A stretch of DNA of 64,000 bases from Eledone cirrhosa (GCA_964016885.1 OZ024751.1:53506001-53570000); one strand, 5' to 3'; positions 41,754 through 54,359 are shown, counted from the stretch's first letter. The notes: a model not told the origin generated them from the letters alone. Numbers and translations are program-made.

Positions 41754-43625
41754 ATGAAAATAAACCAAAACTTAATTATGGCCATGAGAGTGTCTAGCCT
41801 TACACGATCACAGATTGATATTATACTAGCAGCCCGTAGAACTATCATCAATTTCGAGGATACATTTTGGACGCGTAAAAACACGCCCAACAATTTCGAC
41901 GTTACAATGGGTTCGAGTGATTCGGCCCAGGTAACTGATCTTATTGGGCTGTTCCTCCTAAATGAACTGTATATTACCTTTCCGCACCTTAAAGGCGGAC
42001 TTTATCGTGACGATGCATTGTTTGTGATTAACTCCAGCACCAATAACATCGAGCATAATAGGAAGAAACTTTATAAGTTTTTTAAAAGCTTTAACCTTTC
42101 GATCACAATAGATAGAAATGATAGAGCGGTCAACTTTTTAGATCTGACTTTGGACTTGGTCACTAATAGTTTTAAACCCTTCCATAAGCCTAATGAAATA
42201 CTCTCTTATGTTAGTCCCAATTCTAACCACCCCAAATCTATGATAAGCTCTATAATTAATGGTGTATCTAATAGAATTTCCACACTCTCTAAGGACATAG
42301 GAATATTTAATGCACATGCTGAGTACTATAATAATGCCCTAGCTAACTCCGGTTACTCTGGTATAATACATTATAATAATAGTAACCTTAGAAAGTCTCC
42401 GCTTACATATAATAATAATAACATAATATCCCATAATATGGCCATGAATGGGAGTAGAAAGCATAAGAATCGTAGAAATCCCATAGGTGTATCCGAACCC
42501 ATCCATAAGTTAAGACACCGGATTCGTAATAGGGAATCTAATAGTTCTAGGGATCAAGTTGGGCACTCTGAGCGCTCACTCAGTGGTAATGCTTTTGCTA
42601 AATCTAATGTTTTTACTAATTCTAATAGTATTGTTTCTACTGATCCTATTAGTAGCCCTAATCCTATTGATATGATTCCAGATAGTAGTAGATATACTAA
42701 AGGTAGAAACAGAAGGAGACTCAATGGGGTTTCGGCTGATTCTAATAATGTGGTTTCAACTAGTCCTCGTAGTAACCCAGATCTTAATAATGGGATATTA
42801 GATAACGGTAGAGTTGGTAAGGATAGAAATAGAAGGAGACTAAATACTTATTTTAACCCGCCATATGATCAGGAAGTATTAACTAACATCCCTAGGTCTT
42901 TCTTTTCTATCTTAGAGAAAAGTTTCCCTCCTACTAATAAATACCATGGTATTTTTAATAAAAATGTAATTAAACTATCATTCTCTACCACCCCTAATAT
43001 TAGTTCTCATTTAGCTAGCACTAACAATAGGAAAATTAGGGACGGCTACTCCTCTTTGCGTACTACTAGTCTGGATAGATCCATAAATGCCTTACCACTT
43101 GAGCAGACCTTATCTCATAGTAACCCTACGAGTGATGCATCACTACTTCAGCTTATCAATAGCACCCGGAAGTGTAATTGTAGAGTGAGTGTTAACTGCC
43201 CTTTAAACGGTAACTGCCTCTCTAGGAACATTGTTTATGCTTGTGTAGTTAAAACTAATTCCTCTAATAGCACATATATAGGCTCAACATCTAACACTTT
43301 TAAGACTCGGTTTAATTCTCATATCTCTTATTTTAAACATGTTAAGTTTAAGAATTCTACTTCTTTAGCACACCATATCTGGGATCTTAAGGAGGCTAAT
43401 ATACCATATAGCCTTAATTGGCGAATAGTAGCACGCTCTAATAACCTATCAACACACACTAAATTCTGTAATCTCTGTATCCTTGAGACCCACTCTATAA
43501 TTTTCTCTAGGGAACTCTTACTTAATAGAAAGTCTGAGATATTTTCTTCCTGCCCCCACGCCATTTCTAATTCTTACTTTTATTATAAACCTAAAAGTTC
43601 TGGTAGTGTAAATTGTATCCATTAG
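41754..43625 (+). CDS. Penelope-like RT (C-terminal part) plus GIY-YIG endonuclease, 623 aa, 5'-truncated
   Basis: TMGSSDSAQVTDL, LYRDD, VNFLDL, SNHP, FNPPY, CNCRVSVNC, IVY..YIG..RFNSH, CNLC..E; the first codons derive from the inverted pLTR. Confidence 0.9.
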   Translation: MKINQNLIMAMRVSSLTRSQIDIILAARRTIINFEDTFWTRKNTPNNFDVTMGSSDSAQVTDLIGLFLLNELYITFPHLKGGLYRDDALFVINSSTNNIEHNRKKLYKFFKSFNLSITIDRNDRAVNFLDLTLDLVTNSFKPFHKPNEILSYVSPNSNHPKSMISSIINGVSNRISTLSKDIGIFNAHAEYYNNALANSGYSGIIHYNNSNLRKSPLTYNNNNIISHNMAMNGSRKHKNRRNPIGVSEPIHKLRHRIRNRESNSSRDQVGHSERSLSGNAFAKSNVFTNSNSIVSTDPISSPNPIDMIPDSSRYTKGRNRRRLNGVSADSNNVVSTSPRSNPDLNNGILDNGRVGKDRNRRRLNTYFNPPYDQEVLTNIPRSFFSILEKSFPPTNKYHGIFNKNVIKLSFSTTPNISSHLASTNNRKIRDGYSSLRTTSLDRSINALPLEQTLSHSNPTSDASLLQLINSTRKCNCRVSVNCPLNGNCLSRNIVYACVVKTNSSNSTYIGSTSNTFKTRFNSHISYFKHVKFKNSTSLAHHIWDLKEANIPYSLNWRIVARSNNLSTHTKFCNLCILETHSIIFSRELLLNRKSEIFSSCPHAISNSYFYYKPKSSGSVNCIH

Positions 43626-45779
43626 CTGCTATATTCCCTTATCTTTTTTGTTTAGGTTCATTTTGTTTACCACCATCATTATCATTATTATTATTGGTTT
43701 TTAACAGCTTTTCGATTTAGCTTTCATAGTCTTTTGGCTGCCATACCATATCTATCTTCTTAAATATTATATTTTCACTATTAACACCTTATGAGTTTAT
43801 ATCTGATTATATATTTTATTTTGATTTTCATTTAGATAATTAACCCCCCCCCCCCCCCCCACACACACACTTATCATTCGCCCCTTCAATTATACTATAA
43901 TTATATTCAATTCCCTTTTATGCTCCTTTCTATTGTATTATACAGTATATTGATTATGATTTTATGCTCCTTCGTATCCTCCATACCTTTCTTTTTTCTG
44001 TTCCCATTGGCCTACCATAGTTCTATTTAAGGTCATTTTATTAGATAACGTTATTCAACTGAAAGTAGAATATTTCATTCTATCCTGGATATTTTTATTG
44101 AGATATCTTAAACTTTAGAGATTTTGATAACTTAAACCATAGCTAATTTTGTATTGACTTATTATGTATTTTAAATACTTTCAATATTAATTAATTTAAT
44201 AAGGTTTTCTAGTCATTTATCCGGGTTTGATTCCTAACTTTTTTTACTTAACTGCTTGTGACACCTAAGTAAATATATTTGTTTTTGTTTTTCGATTTCC
44301 GGTTGATTTTATTTATATTTTTTTTACTACCGTGCGTAGTTTCTGTCTGGTTCTTATTCACTTATTCACATATGTCTGTCTACCAACCATGTAATTATGT
44401 ATACTATACTATGTTTGTTATTTGATATTGAAGTTGTTATATCATATCATGTAATCGTACTATAGATCTTAAATATTTACCGATTATTCGATGTACCCTT
44501 ATGTTAAATTTTGTAAATTCTGTAATATGTTTATATTTTTATAATTTTTATAATGTTTAAATAATATTTATTTATACCAATTGTATAAAAACTCGACCTC
44601 TGTCTGTTTTGTTACAACGGTATAGATATTTTTCCAGCACAATTTTTTCAACACAATTTAGTTCTGTATGATATTTTTTCTCACCCTGTGTGTAATTTTA
44701 TATGATTTGTTAAGTTATATGCCAATATATTATAATATTGTTATTATAGTGTTATTGTAATATTTATATTGTTTGTGCAAATTGACCGGAGATTATAAAT
44801 TATATTTTTATTTTTATTCATTTCTATATCATTTTATACTGTAAATAATATATGTATTATGTTTATATTTAAACTCTTAATAAGTGTTAGTTTGTGTTTG
44901 TATTGATGGATATGTGTATTGATATATATATATATGTACATATGTATATATATATATATATGTATATTGGGCCTTTTAATATTATTATTATTATCATTAT
45001 CAATTATATTATATAATATTATATTATATTATATATCGTACTGTGGTGATATCCAATTTTAGCTGTCTAAATGCCGCTTACTTGCTGCAGTTGCTGCTTA
45101 CTTCAATGTATGAGGCTATTCCAACAAATTTACATTCCCCTTCTTTTTAGCTGTTAAAAGAAATATAGATTTTTTTTTTTGCGATTTATTAGAGAGGGGG
45201 GTGCTCCCTTCTCTTACCTGTACAAGCCGATATAGAGAGATGGCCCACGTACACGGGCCATTATTGCTACTTTCACCCATCTTTCATGGAATTGGCTGGG
45301 ACTGAGTGCCTTTTTCTCCAAGAGGACCATTTGTTGGCCGGCGACATATGCCCACAGTTTCCTCGTTGCAAACGCATCTGGGACATTTCTTTTCCAAGGG
45401 GTTTCCGTCCCGGAATCCGTGTCTGTAGAGCCTTTCCTGAACGGGCAGGGCCCCTCGGTATAATAGTAAGTATTAGTGGTTGTAATAAAAATGCAATCAA
45501 AATGTAATAAATACCTTCACTGATTTCTTCTCCACAGTAAGACAAATATCCATGTGTAGTTGAAGAGGATAAGTATGAAAGAACAGTCATTTAAATTTAC
45601 AGATGGACAGATGTGGTGTTTGGCAGGGTTTGAGATATATAGAAAAATAATTATTTACAGAAAAAGAAAATAATAATAAAGAATTATTATAATTTTTTTA
45701 AAGATTTATATCTTTTTGGACTTTTGGAAGCAAATTTTAAACTGTATATCGCAACAATAAAAAAGAAAAAAATATTTCT

Positions 45780-46766
45780 TTAAACAATATATTGTTCCGA
45801 TATACAGTTTAAAATCTTTGGGAAACATCTACCGTCTCCACTCATAAAGCTGTCATTTCGCCACCGCCACATGAATTCATTCAAATATGACAGAAACATG
45901 GGTCGGCTAGTGCCGTTTATTTATTTATTTTTTTTTTTGGCATGAGACCAGAGTCCTTCAATATGTTGGGTATGCGTTCCTGATACCGGATCGACAAAAT
46001 TTAGTGAATGATTCATTGTAGAGTGCTGATAATTAACAGGCATATATCATATGGGATTGTACGCACGCCATCGGTCTGTATGTATCATGGATCCACTCAG
46101 CACATGATTTTGTATAATGGGTAGCAGGGTCTCAGCAGTGCGATCTGGGATTTCTTGAAGAAAAATTTTTCTGGGATTATTGGTATCGATCCCACCAATG
46201 ACCCAATGGCCTTCATGCCAGGTCCCACGAGCGTACTTTCGATGAAAGTATTTACTTTCATCGATTTGTACAACTATTGGGACTCCGTCATCATCCATTC
46301 CACCTAGTTTTGATGGGTTTCGATCCACCCATTCACTGCACACGTCCCGTAATAAGTTGCACCAGTTAATAATGGTGTTTTCACTACACCGAATCTCGTC
46401 AGCAATAATAATATTTTCGAACCCAATTGACCAGAAATAAATCATATAAATCATTTGATGTAAATCTAAGTGGCCTTGAAAAAAAAATGACCCAGAACGG
46501 ACAGATTTTCTTAAATTCCATACCTTACATTTCCATCGAAATTGGTCGATTCCTTCTTTGTAACTTACAAACGAACAGGAAATATTACATGAAGGACAGT
46601 TCATAGTGTTTGAAAGTAATCGGTTCCGAGCCATAAATTCGATAATACTGAGTTTGTTTGCAGTTAAAATCGCCAGTTCCCTCATTTTCAAATCCATATT
46701 TAACGTCTGCTGTGATGAATTAACATTTTCAACAATGAAAATTGGTGCAGGTGGACGTCCAGGCAT
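45780..46766 (-). pseudogene. Merlin transposase, left (mirror) copy, same two stops
   Basis: 239-aa ORF identical to 47150-47869; the continuation mirrors the right copy. Confidence 0.9.
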
Positions 46767-47149
46767 TTTCTTTATTCAGAATTTCAGTTTAAAATCAATT
46801 AGAACTATGTTATTTCACCTTTAACAATATCTGCATTGAAATGACCGACAGGGAGCTAGTTATGCCAATTCGTGGAAAATACCCAAAGATTATGTATATT
46901 AATATAAGTTTCACTTTATTGTGGAAAATAACCCAAAATTATAAATATTAGCCCCCTGTCGGTGATTATCTTATAATTGATTTTAAACTGAAATTCATAA
47001 AGTGAAACTTATATTAATATACATAATCTTTGGGTATTTTCCACGAATTGGCATAACTAGCTCCCTGTCGGTCATTTCAATGCAGATATTGTTAAAGGTG
47101 AAATAACATAGTTCTAATTGATTTTAAACTGAAATTCTGAATAAAGAAA

Positions 47150-48136
47150 ATGCCTGGACGTCCACCTGCACCAATTTTCATTGTTGAAAATGTTAATTCA
47201 TCACAGCAGACGTTAAATATGGATTTGAAAATGAGGGAACTGGCGATTTTAACTGCAAACAAACTCAGTATTATCGAATTTATGGCTCGGAACCGATTAC
47301 TTTCAAACACTATGAACTGTCCTTCATGTAATATTTCCTGTTCGTTTGTAAGTTACAAAGAAGGAATCGACCAATTTCGATGGAAATGTAAGGTATGGAA
47401 TTTAAGAAAATCTGTCCGTTCTGGGTCATTTTTTTTTCAAGGCCACTTAGATTTACATCAAATGATTTATATGATTTATTTCTGGTCAATTGGGTTCGAA
47501 AATATTATTATTGCTGACGAGATTCGGTGTAGTGAAAACACCATTATTAACTGGTGCAACTTATTACGGGACGTGTGCAGTGAATGGGTGGATCGAAACC
47601 CATCAAAACTAGGTGGAATGGATGATGACGGAGTCCCAATAGTTGTACAAATCGATGAAAGTAAATACTTTCATCGAAAGTACGCTCGTGGGACCTGGCA
47701 TGAAGGCCATTGGGTCATTGGTGGGATCGATACCAATAATCCCAGAAAAATTTTTCTTCAAGAAATCCCAGATCGCACTGCTGAGACCCTGCTACCCATT
47801 ATACAAAATCATGTGCTGAGTGGATCCATGATACATACAGACCGATGGCGTGCGTACAATCCCATATGATATATGCCTGTTAATTATCAGCACTCTACAA
47901 TGAATCATTCACTAAATTTTGTCGATCCGGTATCAGGAACGCATACCCAACATATTGAAGGACTCTGGTCTCATGCCAAAAAAAAAAAAAAATAAATAAA
48001 CGGCACTAGCCGACCCATGTTTCTGTCATATTTGAATGAATTCATGTGGCGGTGGCGAAATGACAGCTTTATGAGTGGAGACGGTAGATGTTTCCCAAAG
48101 ATTTTAAACTGTATATCGGAACAATATATTGTTTAA
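47150..48136 (+). pseudogene. Merlin/ISXO2-type DDE transposase, right copy, two in-frame stops
   Basis: N-terminal CPSC zinc-ribbon-like motif, VQIDES, HTDRWRAY; after TGA (47867) the frame continues NHSLNFVDPVSGTHTQHIEGLW, then TAA (47993), then SYLNEFMWR. Confidence 0.9.
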
Positions 48137-49078
48137 AGAAATATTTTTTTCTTTTTTATTGTTGCGATATACAGTTTAAAATTTGCTTCCAAAAGTCCAA
48201 AAAGATATAAATCTTTAAAAAAATTATAATAATTCTTTATTATTATTTTCTTTTTCTGTAAATAATTATTTTTCTATATATCTCAAACCCTGCCAAACAC
48301 CACATCTGTCCATCTGTAAATTTAAATGACTGTTCTTTCATACTTATCCTCTTCAACTACACATGGATATTTGTCTTACTGTGGAGAAGAAATCAGTGAA
48401 GGTATTTATTACATTTTGATTGCATTTTTATTACAACCACTAATACTTACTATTATACCGAGGGGCCCTGCCCGTTCAGGAAAGGCTCTACAGACACGGA
48501 TTCCGGGACGGAAACCCCTTGGAAAAGAAATGTCCCAGATGCGTTTGCAACGAGGAAACTGTGGGCATATGTCGCCGGCCAACAAATGGTCCTCTTGGAG
48601 AAAAAGGCACTCAGTCCCAGCCAATTCCATGAAAGATGGGTGAAAGTAGCAATAATGGCCCGTGTACGTGGGCCATCTCTCTATATCGGCTTGTACAGGT
48701 AAGAGAAGAAGGGAGCACCCCCCTCTCTAATAAATCGCAAAAAAAAAAAAAAATCTATATTTCTTTTAACGGCTAAAAAGGGGGGGGGGGGTGTAAATTT
48801 GTTGGAATAGCCTCATACATTGAAGTATGCAGCAAGTAAGCGGCATTTAGACAGCTAAAATTGGATATCGCCCGTACTGTAATTCTCGCCTTGTATCACC
48901 ACTTGTGTTTAGTTTTAGTTTTTGCATTGTACTATATTTGTAATATGGGTTCAAAATGTTATTCACTTCCTTAGCAATTTTTACTTGATAATTTTCCTAT
49001 GCTTTAATGTATGTATACTCCATATTCTTCTGAGTTTTTGGCTTGTATTGGCCGATAGTGCTTCTTATAGCTTTACTT

Positions 49079-49116
49079 GCCCTGATGAGTCCTTAATAGG
49101 ACGAAACATTGTTGGC
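49079..49116 (+). ncRNA. Minimal type I hammerhead ribozyme in pLTR of element B
   Basis: GCC-CTGATGA-GTCC ttaata GGAC-GAAA-C att G-TT-GGC, followed by AATAAA at 49118. Confidence 0.85.
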
Positions 49117-49157
49117 TAATAAAGACTTTTGATGTATTGAAGGCTTCTTTGGTTTAT

Positions 49158-49196
<39 letters not shown>

Positions 49197-49494
49197 TAAT
49201 TGTTTCTACTTTTGGCACAAGGCCAGCAATTGCCCAGTGTATTACTGGTACTTTATTTTATCGACCCCGTAAGGATGAAAGGCAAAGTTAACCTCGGCGG
49301 GATTTGAACTCAGAATGGCAAGGGTGGTAACTCTATGCGTCAAAGCATGGCATCCGACCCTCTACCGATACTGCCAATAATAATAAATGTGAAGACTAAA
49401 ATCCAAAGAGGGCTCGATAAGGATAAATATATATCAAATATATAAGAATCCTAGGGTGAAAGCAGCGATTCTTTGCTTAAACTTTAATCTATTA

Positions 49495-49526
<32 letters not shown>

Positions 49527-49530
<4 letters not shown>

Positions 49531-50230
49531 TAAACGGAATAGAAAATGCTGACAAATTGTTCACAGTTGAAAAATGGTTTAATTAGGAATAAAAGAGTGT
49601 TAGTGATTGTATGGGTTAGTATTCAGTTGTGGTTTTAAGTTTTTAAGTTTTTACCGGTTGCGCATTTCTAAATGCTTTTCAAAAATAATTTTGAGATAGA
49701 GTGTCCGTGCTGTTTGCTCTGATCTGATTAGTTTTGGGAATTCTACCTGTTTTTATGTTAAAAAAATGGCTCCAGCGTTATTTTTGTGTTGTAAAAATGC
49801 TTGTGGTCAAAACAATTTTGATTGGTCGGTAGAGGTCATGTGAATGTAAAAAAAAAAAAATTTTTTTTTACATTCACATGACCTCGACCGACCAATCAAA
49901 ATTGTTTTGACCACAAGCATTTTTACAACACAAAAATAACGCTGGAGCCATTTTTTTAACATAAAAACAGGTAGAATTCCCAAAACTAATCAGATCAGAG
50001 CAAACAGCACGGACACTCTATCTCAAAATTATTTTTGAAAAGCATTTAGAAATGCGCAACCGGTAAAAACTTAAAAACTTAAAACCACAACTGAATACTA
50101 ACCCATACAATCACTAATACTCTTTTATTCCTAATTAAACCATTTTTCAACTGTGAACAATTTGTCAGCATTTTCTATTCCGTTTACCAATATATAATAA
50201 CTTGTGTGTTACACCTCTATTCTTTTAACT
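49527..50230. repeat. Spacerless palindrome with ~330-bp arms and a short tail
   Basis: Centre A-run|T-run at 49860/49861; arms nearly identical; flanked by (TA)n. Confidence 0.92.
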
Positions 50231-50244
50231 ATATATATATATAT

Positions 50245-50282
<38 letters not shown>

Positions 50283-50287
50283 TCGAT

Positions 50288-50455
50288 ATCATGTTTAATA
50301 TAGAAATGGCTTCTACGGGACTAAAACTATTTCATTCAAAAGGAAATCAGCAGGAAAGCTTTCTAGTCCTGTAGAAGCCATATCTATATTTAACATGATG
50401 ATTAGACTCTACTAATGTATTGAGTGATTACTCCAGATTGAACCCGAGACTTTCA
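50288..50455. repeat. Short inverted repeat with tail
   Basis: atcatgtttaatatagaaatggcttctacgggacta ... tagtcctgtagaagccatatctatatttaacatgat, then a ~55-bp tail, between (TA)n. Confidence 0.75.
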
Positions 50456-50470
50456 TATATATATATATAT

Positions 50471-50685
50471 ATAGGAAAATGTTTAACCCTGACGGCAGAG
50501 CTCAAGCCATTTCGACGGCTATTTCTGGACTAAATTCTGAATTTACTCCAGAAATAGCCGTCGAAACGGCTTGAGCTCTGTCGTCGGGGTTAAATATTTT
50601 CCTATTACCCACTCTACTTCCCTAAGTATTGAGTAACTCTGGTGCGTTATGGTCCATCTGGTTCCTTATCACACCTCCTTCGTTA
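50471..50685. repeat. Inverted repeat with tail carrying the 3' half of a hammerhead
   Basis: ~59-bp arms, 17-bp spacer; GAAA-CGGC ttgagctct GTCG-TC-GGGG; related fragment at 24582-24640. Confidence 0.75.
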
Positions 50686-50994
50686 TATATATATATATTG
50701 TATATATATAAGGACAAAAGAAAGAATAAATAGATAAATATGTAAATACATTAAATTGCCTGATCTAATTTGATAATTCCAGTGTTTTTTACAGATCTGG
50801 GCCATTGCTATTATATTTATGTAAGTAGCAGGAATGTAATAAATGCAATACATGTTTATTTAGAAATATATATTATTTTTGGAAAAAAATAATACTTTCA
50901 GTCTTTCATCATTTCTCTTTCAATCACTCTCTTTCCCTCTCTGTTTGTCTTTCTGCTTACCAGTCTGTCTGTATGTTTGTGTATATGCACCCAT

Positions 50995-51028
<34 letters not shown>

Positions 51029-51135
51029 CATCATCATCATCATTTTACGTCTGCTTTTCCCTGCTTGCAAGGGTGAGACGGGAACTGATTCTGGCTTGAT
51101 TTCTACAGTTGGATGCCCTTCCTAACACCAACCTC

Positions 51136-51191
<56 letters not shown>

Positions 51192-51462
51192 ATGTATATA
51201 TGTATGTATATGTATGTATATATGTATATATATATATATATATGTATCTATATATGTAAATTATATATATATATGTGTGTAAATATGTTAAATAAGTTAA
51301 CATGATGATTAGACTCTACTAATGTATTGAGTGGTAACTCCAGATTGAACCCGAGACTTTCATATATATATATATATATATATATGAAAATGTTTAACCC
51401 CGACAGCAGAGCTCAAGCCATTTCGACAGCTATTTCTGGACTAAATTCTGAATTTACTCCAG

Positions 51463-51542
<80 letters not shown>

Positions 51543-52327
51543 GTAAATTATATATATATATATATAATTTACATTCTCAAGTAGTGAAAATTAAATGTTT
51601 CCTATTCGTTTTACTATATATCTAAATGTGTGTGTATGTGTGTCTGTGTGCACGTATGTGTATGTGTATGTGTATGTGTAATCTGTTTTTATTTATTTGA
51701 TAATTTGAAGATGGGCCTATTTTTTTCTATCAATAACATGTTAAATATTTATTAAGTCTTGCATATTCCTCCTATTTCATTTTCACAAGTGCATCTTTAT
51801 TTTATTTTTTAGGGTGTTGTGGAGGGTGGTTATTAAATGAAATCTCAGAATTGTGGAAATTATCACTTAGACATTAAGTATCAACATCAAAGTCATCATT
51901 GATTAGGAGAACCAATGAGAATTTATACTATTTTGGAATCATATAACACGAATTTCCATCAAAAGTGATCAGACATACTTAGGTGTAATGTTAGTGCAGC
52001 TGTCCAATATATGACAGATATAAAGTTTAATTTCCACAGGCAATACTGTCCACATTTATCCATCTCTAAGGGTTTATATGTCTGACATATTCTATTATCT
52101 TTTATAGTCAAAAACTGTGGCAACTTACAATAAGCTCATATATTTTCAAAATTTAAATCTGCCCAACACTTCATAAAATGATTGGTTCTCTCAGTGTTTA
52201 TATATATGTGTGTGTGTGTGTGGTGTATGGTGTGTATGTGAGTATATATATATATATGTGTGTGTGTTGTGTATGGTGTGTATGTGAGTATATATATGTG
52301 TGTGTGTTGTGTATGGTGTGTATGTGA

Positions 52328-52393
<66 letters not shown>

Positions 52394-53952
52394 GTGTGTG
52401 TGTGTGTATGGTATACGTCTAACCTTTGTAACCAAAGCTATTGATAATTACTTCCTGTTTCACTGCCTGCAGTTCAACCTATATTTAATCACTATGGCAA
52501 CATCATCAAACCTTTTCGTTTTAAAATATCTTCCTTTTCTCCAAGTACAATCTAACCTTTTGGTTCAGTCACATGTAGTAATCTTCTGCTTCCATTTGAG
52601 TGAAATCCCACGATGGGATTCAAAGCAGTGGCAAGATTTATATATAGTTGATCTTCCATCGTCTACAACATTGAACACCCACTTGTTCAGTCAACTGAAA
52701 ATTTAACTCATAAATTAACATGAATGTCGTTGAGTATTCAACAGACATGTTTGCCTCTATTGTAATTCTCAAACCAAATTAGTGTGACATAATATATGAC
52801 AAGGCTGGGCCTTTGAATTATATGTACAATCTATTTGATGGGCTTCCTCAAAATTTCACTCACAAGGCTTAGGCCAATCTGAGGCTAAAAATAACATTTG
52901 CCCAGTGTTACCAAGGTTTGAGTCCAGAATCACCTGTTTGTAAGGCAAACTGTTTAACCATTTGGTCATGTCTGTGTCCACTGTGTCCACAAAGTGTTAT
53001 ATATAACGCCAAAATAATTTCACAAATTTAAACATTTACATAAATTTCTTTTTCTCTATTCAAGCTAATTTTTTATTATTATTTGAGAATATAAAGGGCG
53101 GTGGATTGACAGTATCAGTAAAGGGTCGGACACCATGCTTTCCAGCATAGTTACGTCCCTTTACGATCTGAGTTCAAATCCCGCCGAGGTTGACTTTGCC
53201 TTTCATCCTTACGGGGTCGATAAAATAAAGTACCAGTAATGCACTGGGTAATTGCTGGCTTTGTGCCTAAAGTAGAAACAATTATTTGAGAATATAGAAA
53301 TAATGAAATTATTATTTGAGGTAGTTGCAACCATATTTCAATGTATATAATTCAACATTTCTTCCTTTGCAGTCTTCTTTTCACTAACACTCCAATTGAA
53401 TATATGACAATCTTTTCTACCATAACAGAACATACCAAAATTTGTCATATAATTTCTGGGAATCTTTCGATTGTAAAAGCTTTATTGTGATTGGTATATT
53501 TCTTTAACTTTCATGAAAGAGAGAGCAACATATTAAAAATAAATGAAATTAAAATTTAACTGCAGAATCACATTTAATCTATTTCATATTTATTTCTTAG
53601 TATTTAAGATAATAAAAATCCTAGAATTATATTTTTGATTAGAATTCTGTAGTTTATAAAAAAATGTATAATAATAAAGACGAAGTAAACTAAATACAAT
53701 TCCACATTGACTTTTACATGAGATTATTTTTACAACAAAATAGCAAAATTTTAAATAGATTAACTCTGCTGTCCTCTCACAAAAATTAAATGAATGGACC
53801 AATCAGAATGAAGTCTACTTGTTTAGGTATATCTTATTCTGATCTTCTTTGTAATTTCCATTTAAATAATTCCATATACATACACACCATTATAACTACA
53901 TATATACATCCATATATATACATACAAACATACACACACACATATATATATA

Positions 53953-54359
53953 CGAGGGCAATCCCAAAAGTAAGGTCTCCTTTTGATATTGCAACTTCCG
54001 ATATTGCAACTTTTCCATTAAAATCCTGTGGATGGTACTTCGGGAAACCTCAGGGACCAAAATGCAGAGAGCATCCAGAGTGATCCGCCAATCTTTACGC
54101 ATATTTTCCTCGGAAGGAGACCTTACTTTTGGGTTTGCCCTCGTATTAATAACTGCGCAAAATTCGTACTTGGCGGTAGCGTTCAATGGGAGCTCCATTC
54201 TCAATGGCTGCCAAGCCAAGATTGAGCATCCCAGCAAAGCGCGCGCATGCTTGTTTGGGAGTGAAGGAAGCACCAATCACAACAGTATTGCCAACAGCCA
54301 TACGAACAGTTTCTCTGCGTCCCCATCGCTTTGGAGACCTTACTTTTGGGATTACCCTC

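Larger units (their letters stand above)
45045..48872. mobile_element. Palindromic Merlin/IS1016 (IS1595-family-like) DNA transposon
   Basis: Ends GGTGATATCC / GGATATCGCC; 8-bp TSD CGTACTGT (45037-45044, 48873-48880); arms 45045-46919 and 46997-48872 with a 77-bp spacer. Confidence 0.93.
41651..49164 (+). mobile_element. 5'-truncated Penelope-like retroelement B (Naiad-like) with inverted 5' pLTR/tail, interrupted by the Merlin palindrome
   Basis: ORF 41754-43625; 3' UTR continues past the insertion to a hammerhead, AATAAA and (TA)n; 41753-41769 is the reverse complement of the 3' end (tttggtttattttcata) and extends outward as a ~100-bp tail; (TA)n on both sides. Confidence 0.85.

Noticed and set aside
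45273-45590. Duplicated 105-aa and 73-aa ORFs in the palindrome arms
   Set aside because: Identity results from the inverted duplication; no recognisable motif.
47867-47869. In-frame TGA in the Merlin transposase as possible selenocysteine or readthrough
   Set aside because: A second in-frame TAA follows at 47993 in both arms and no SECIS was recognised; simple decay is more likely.
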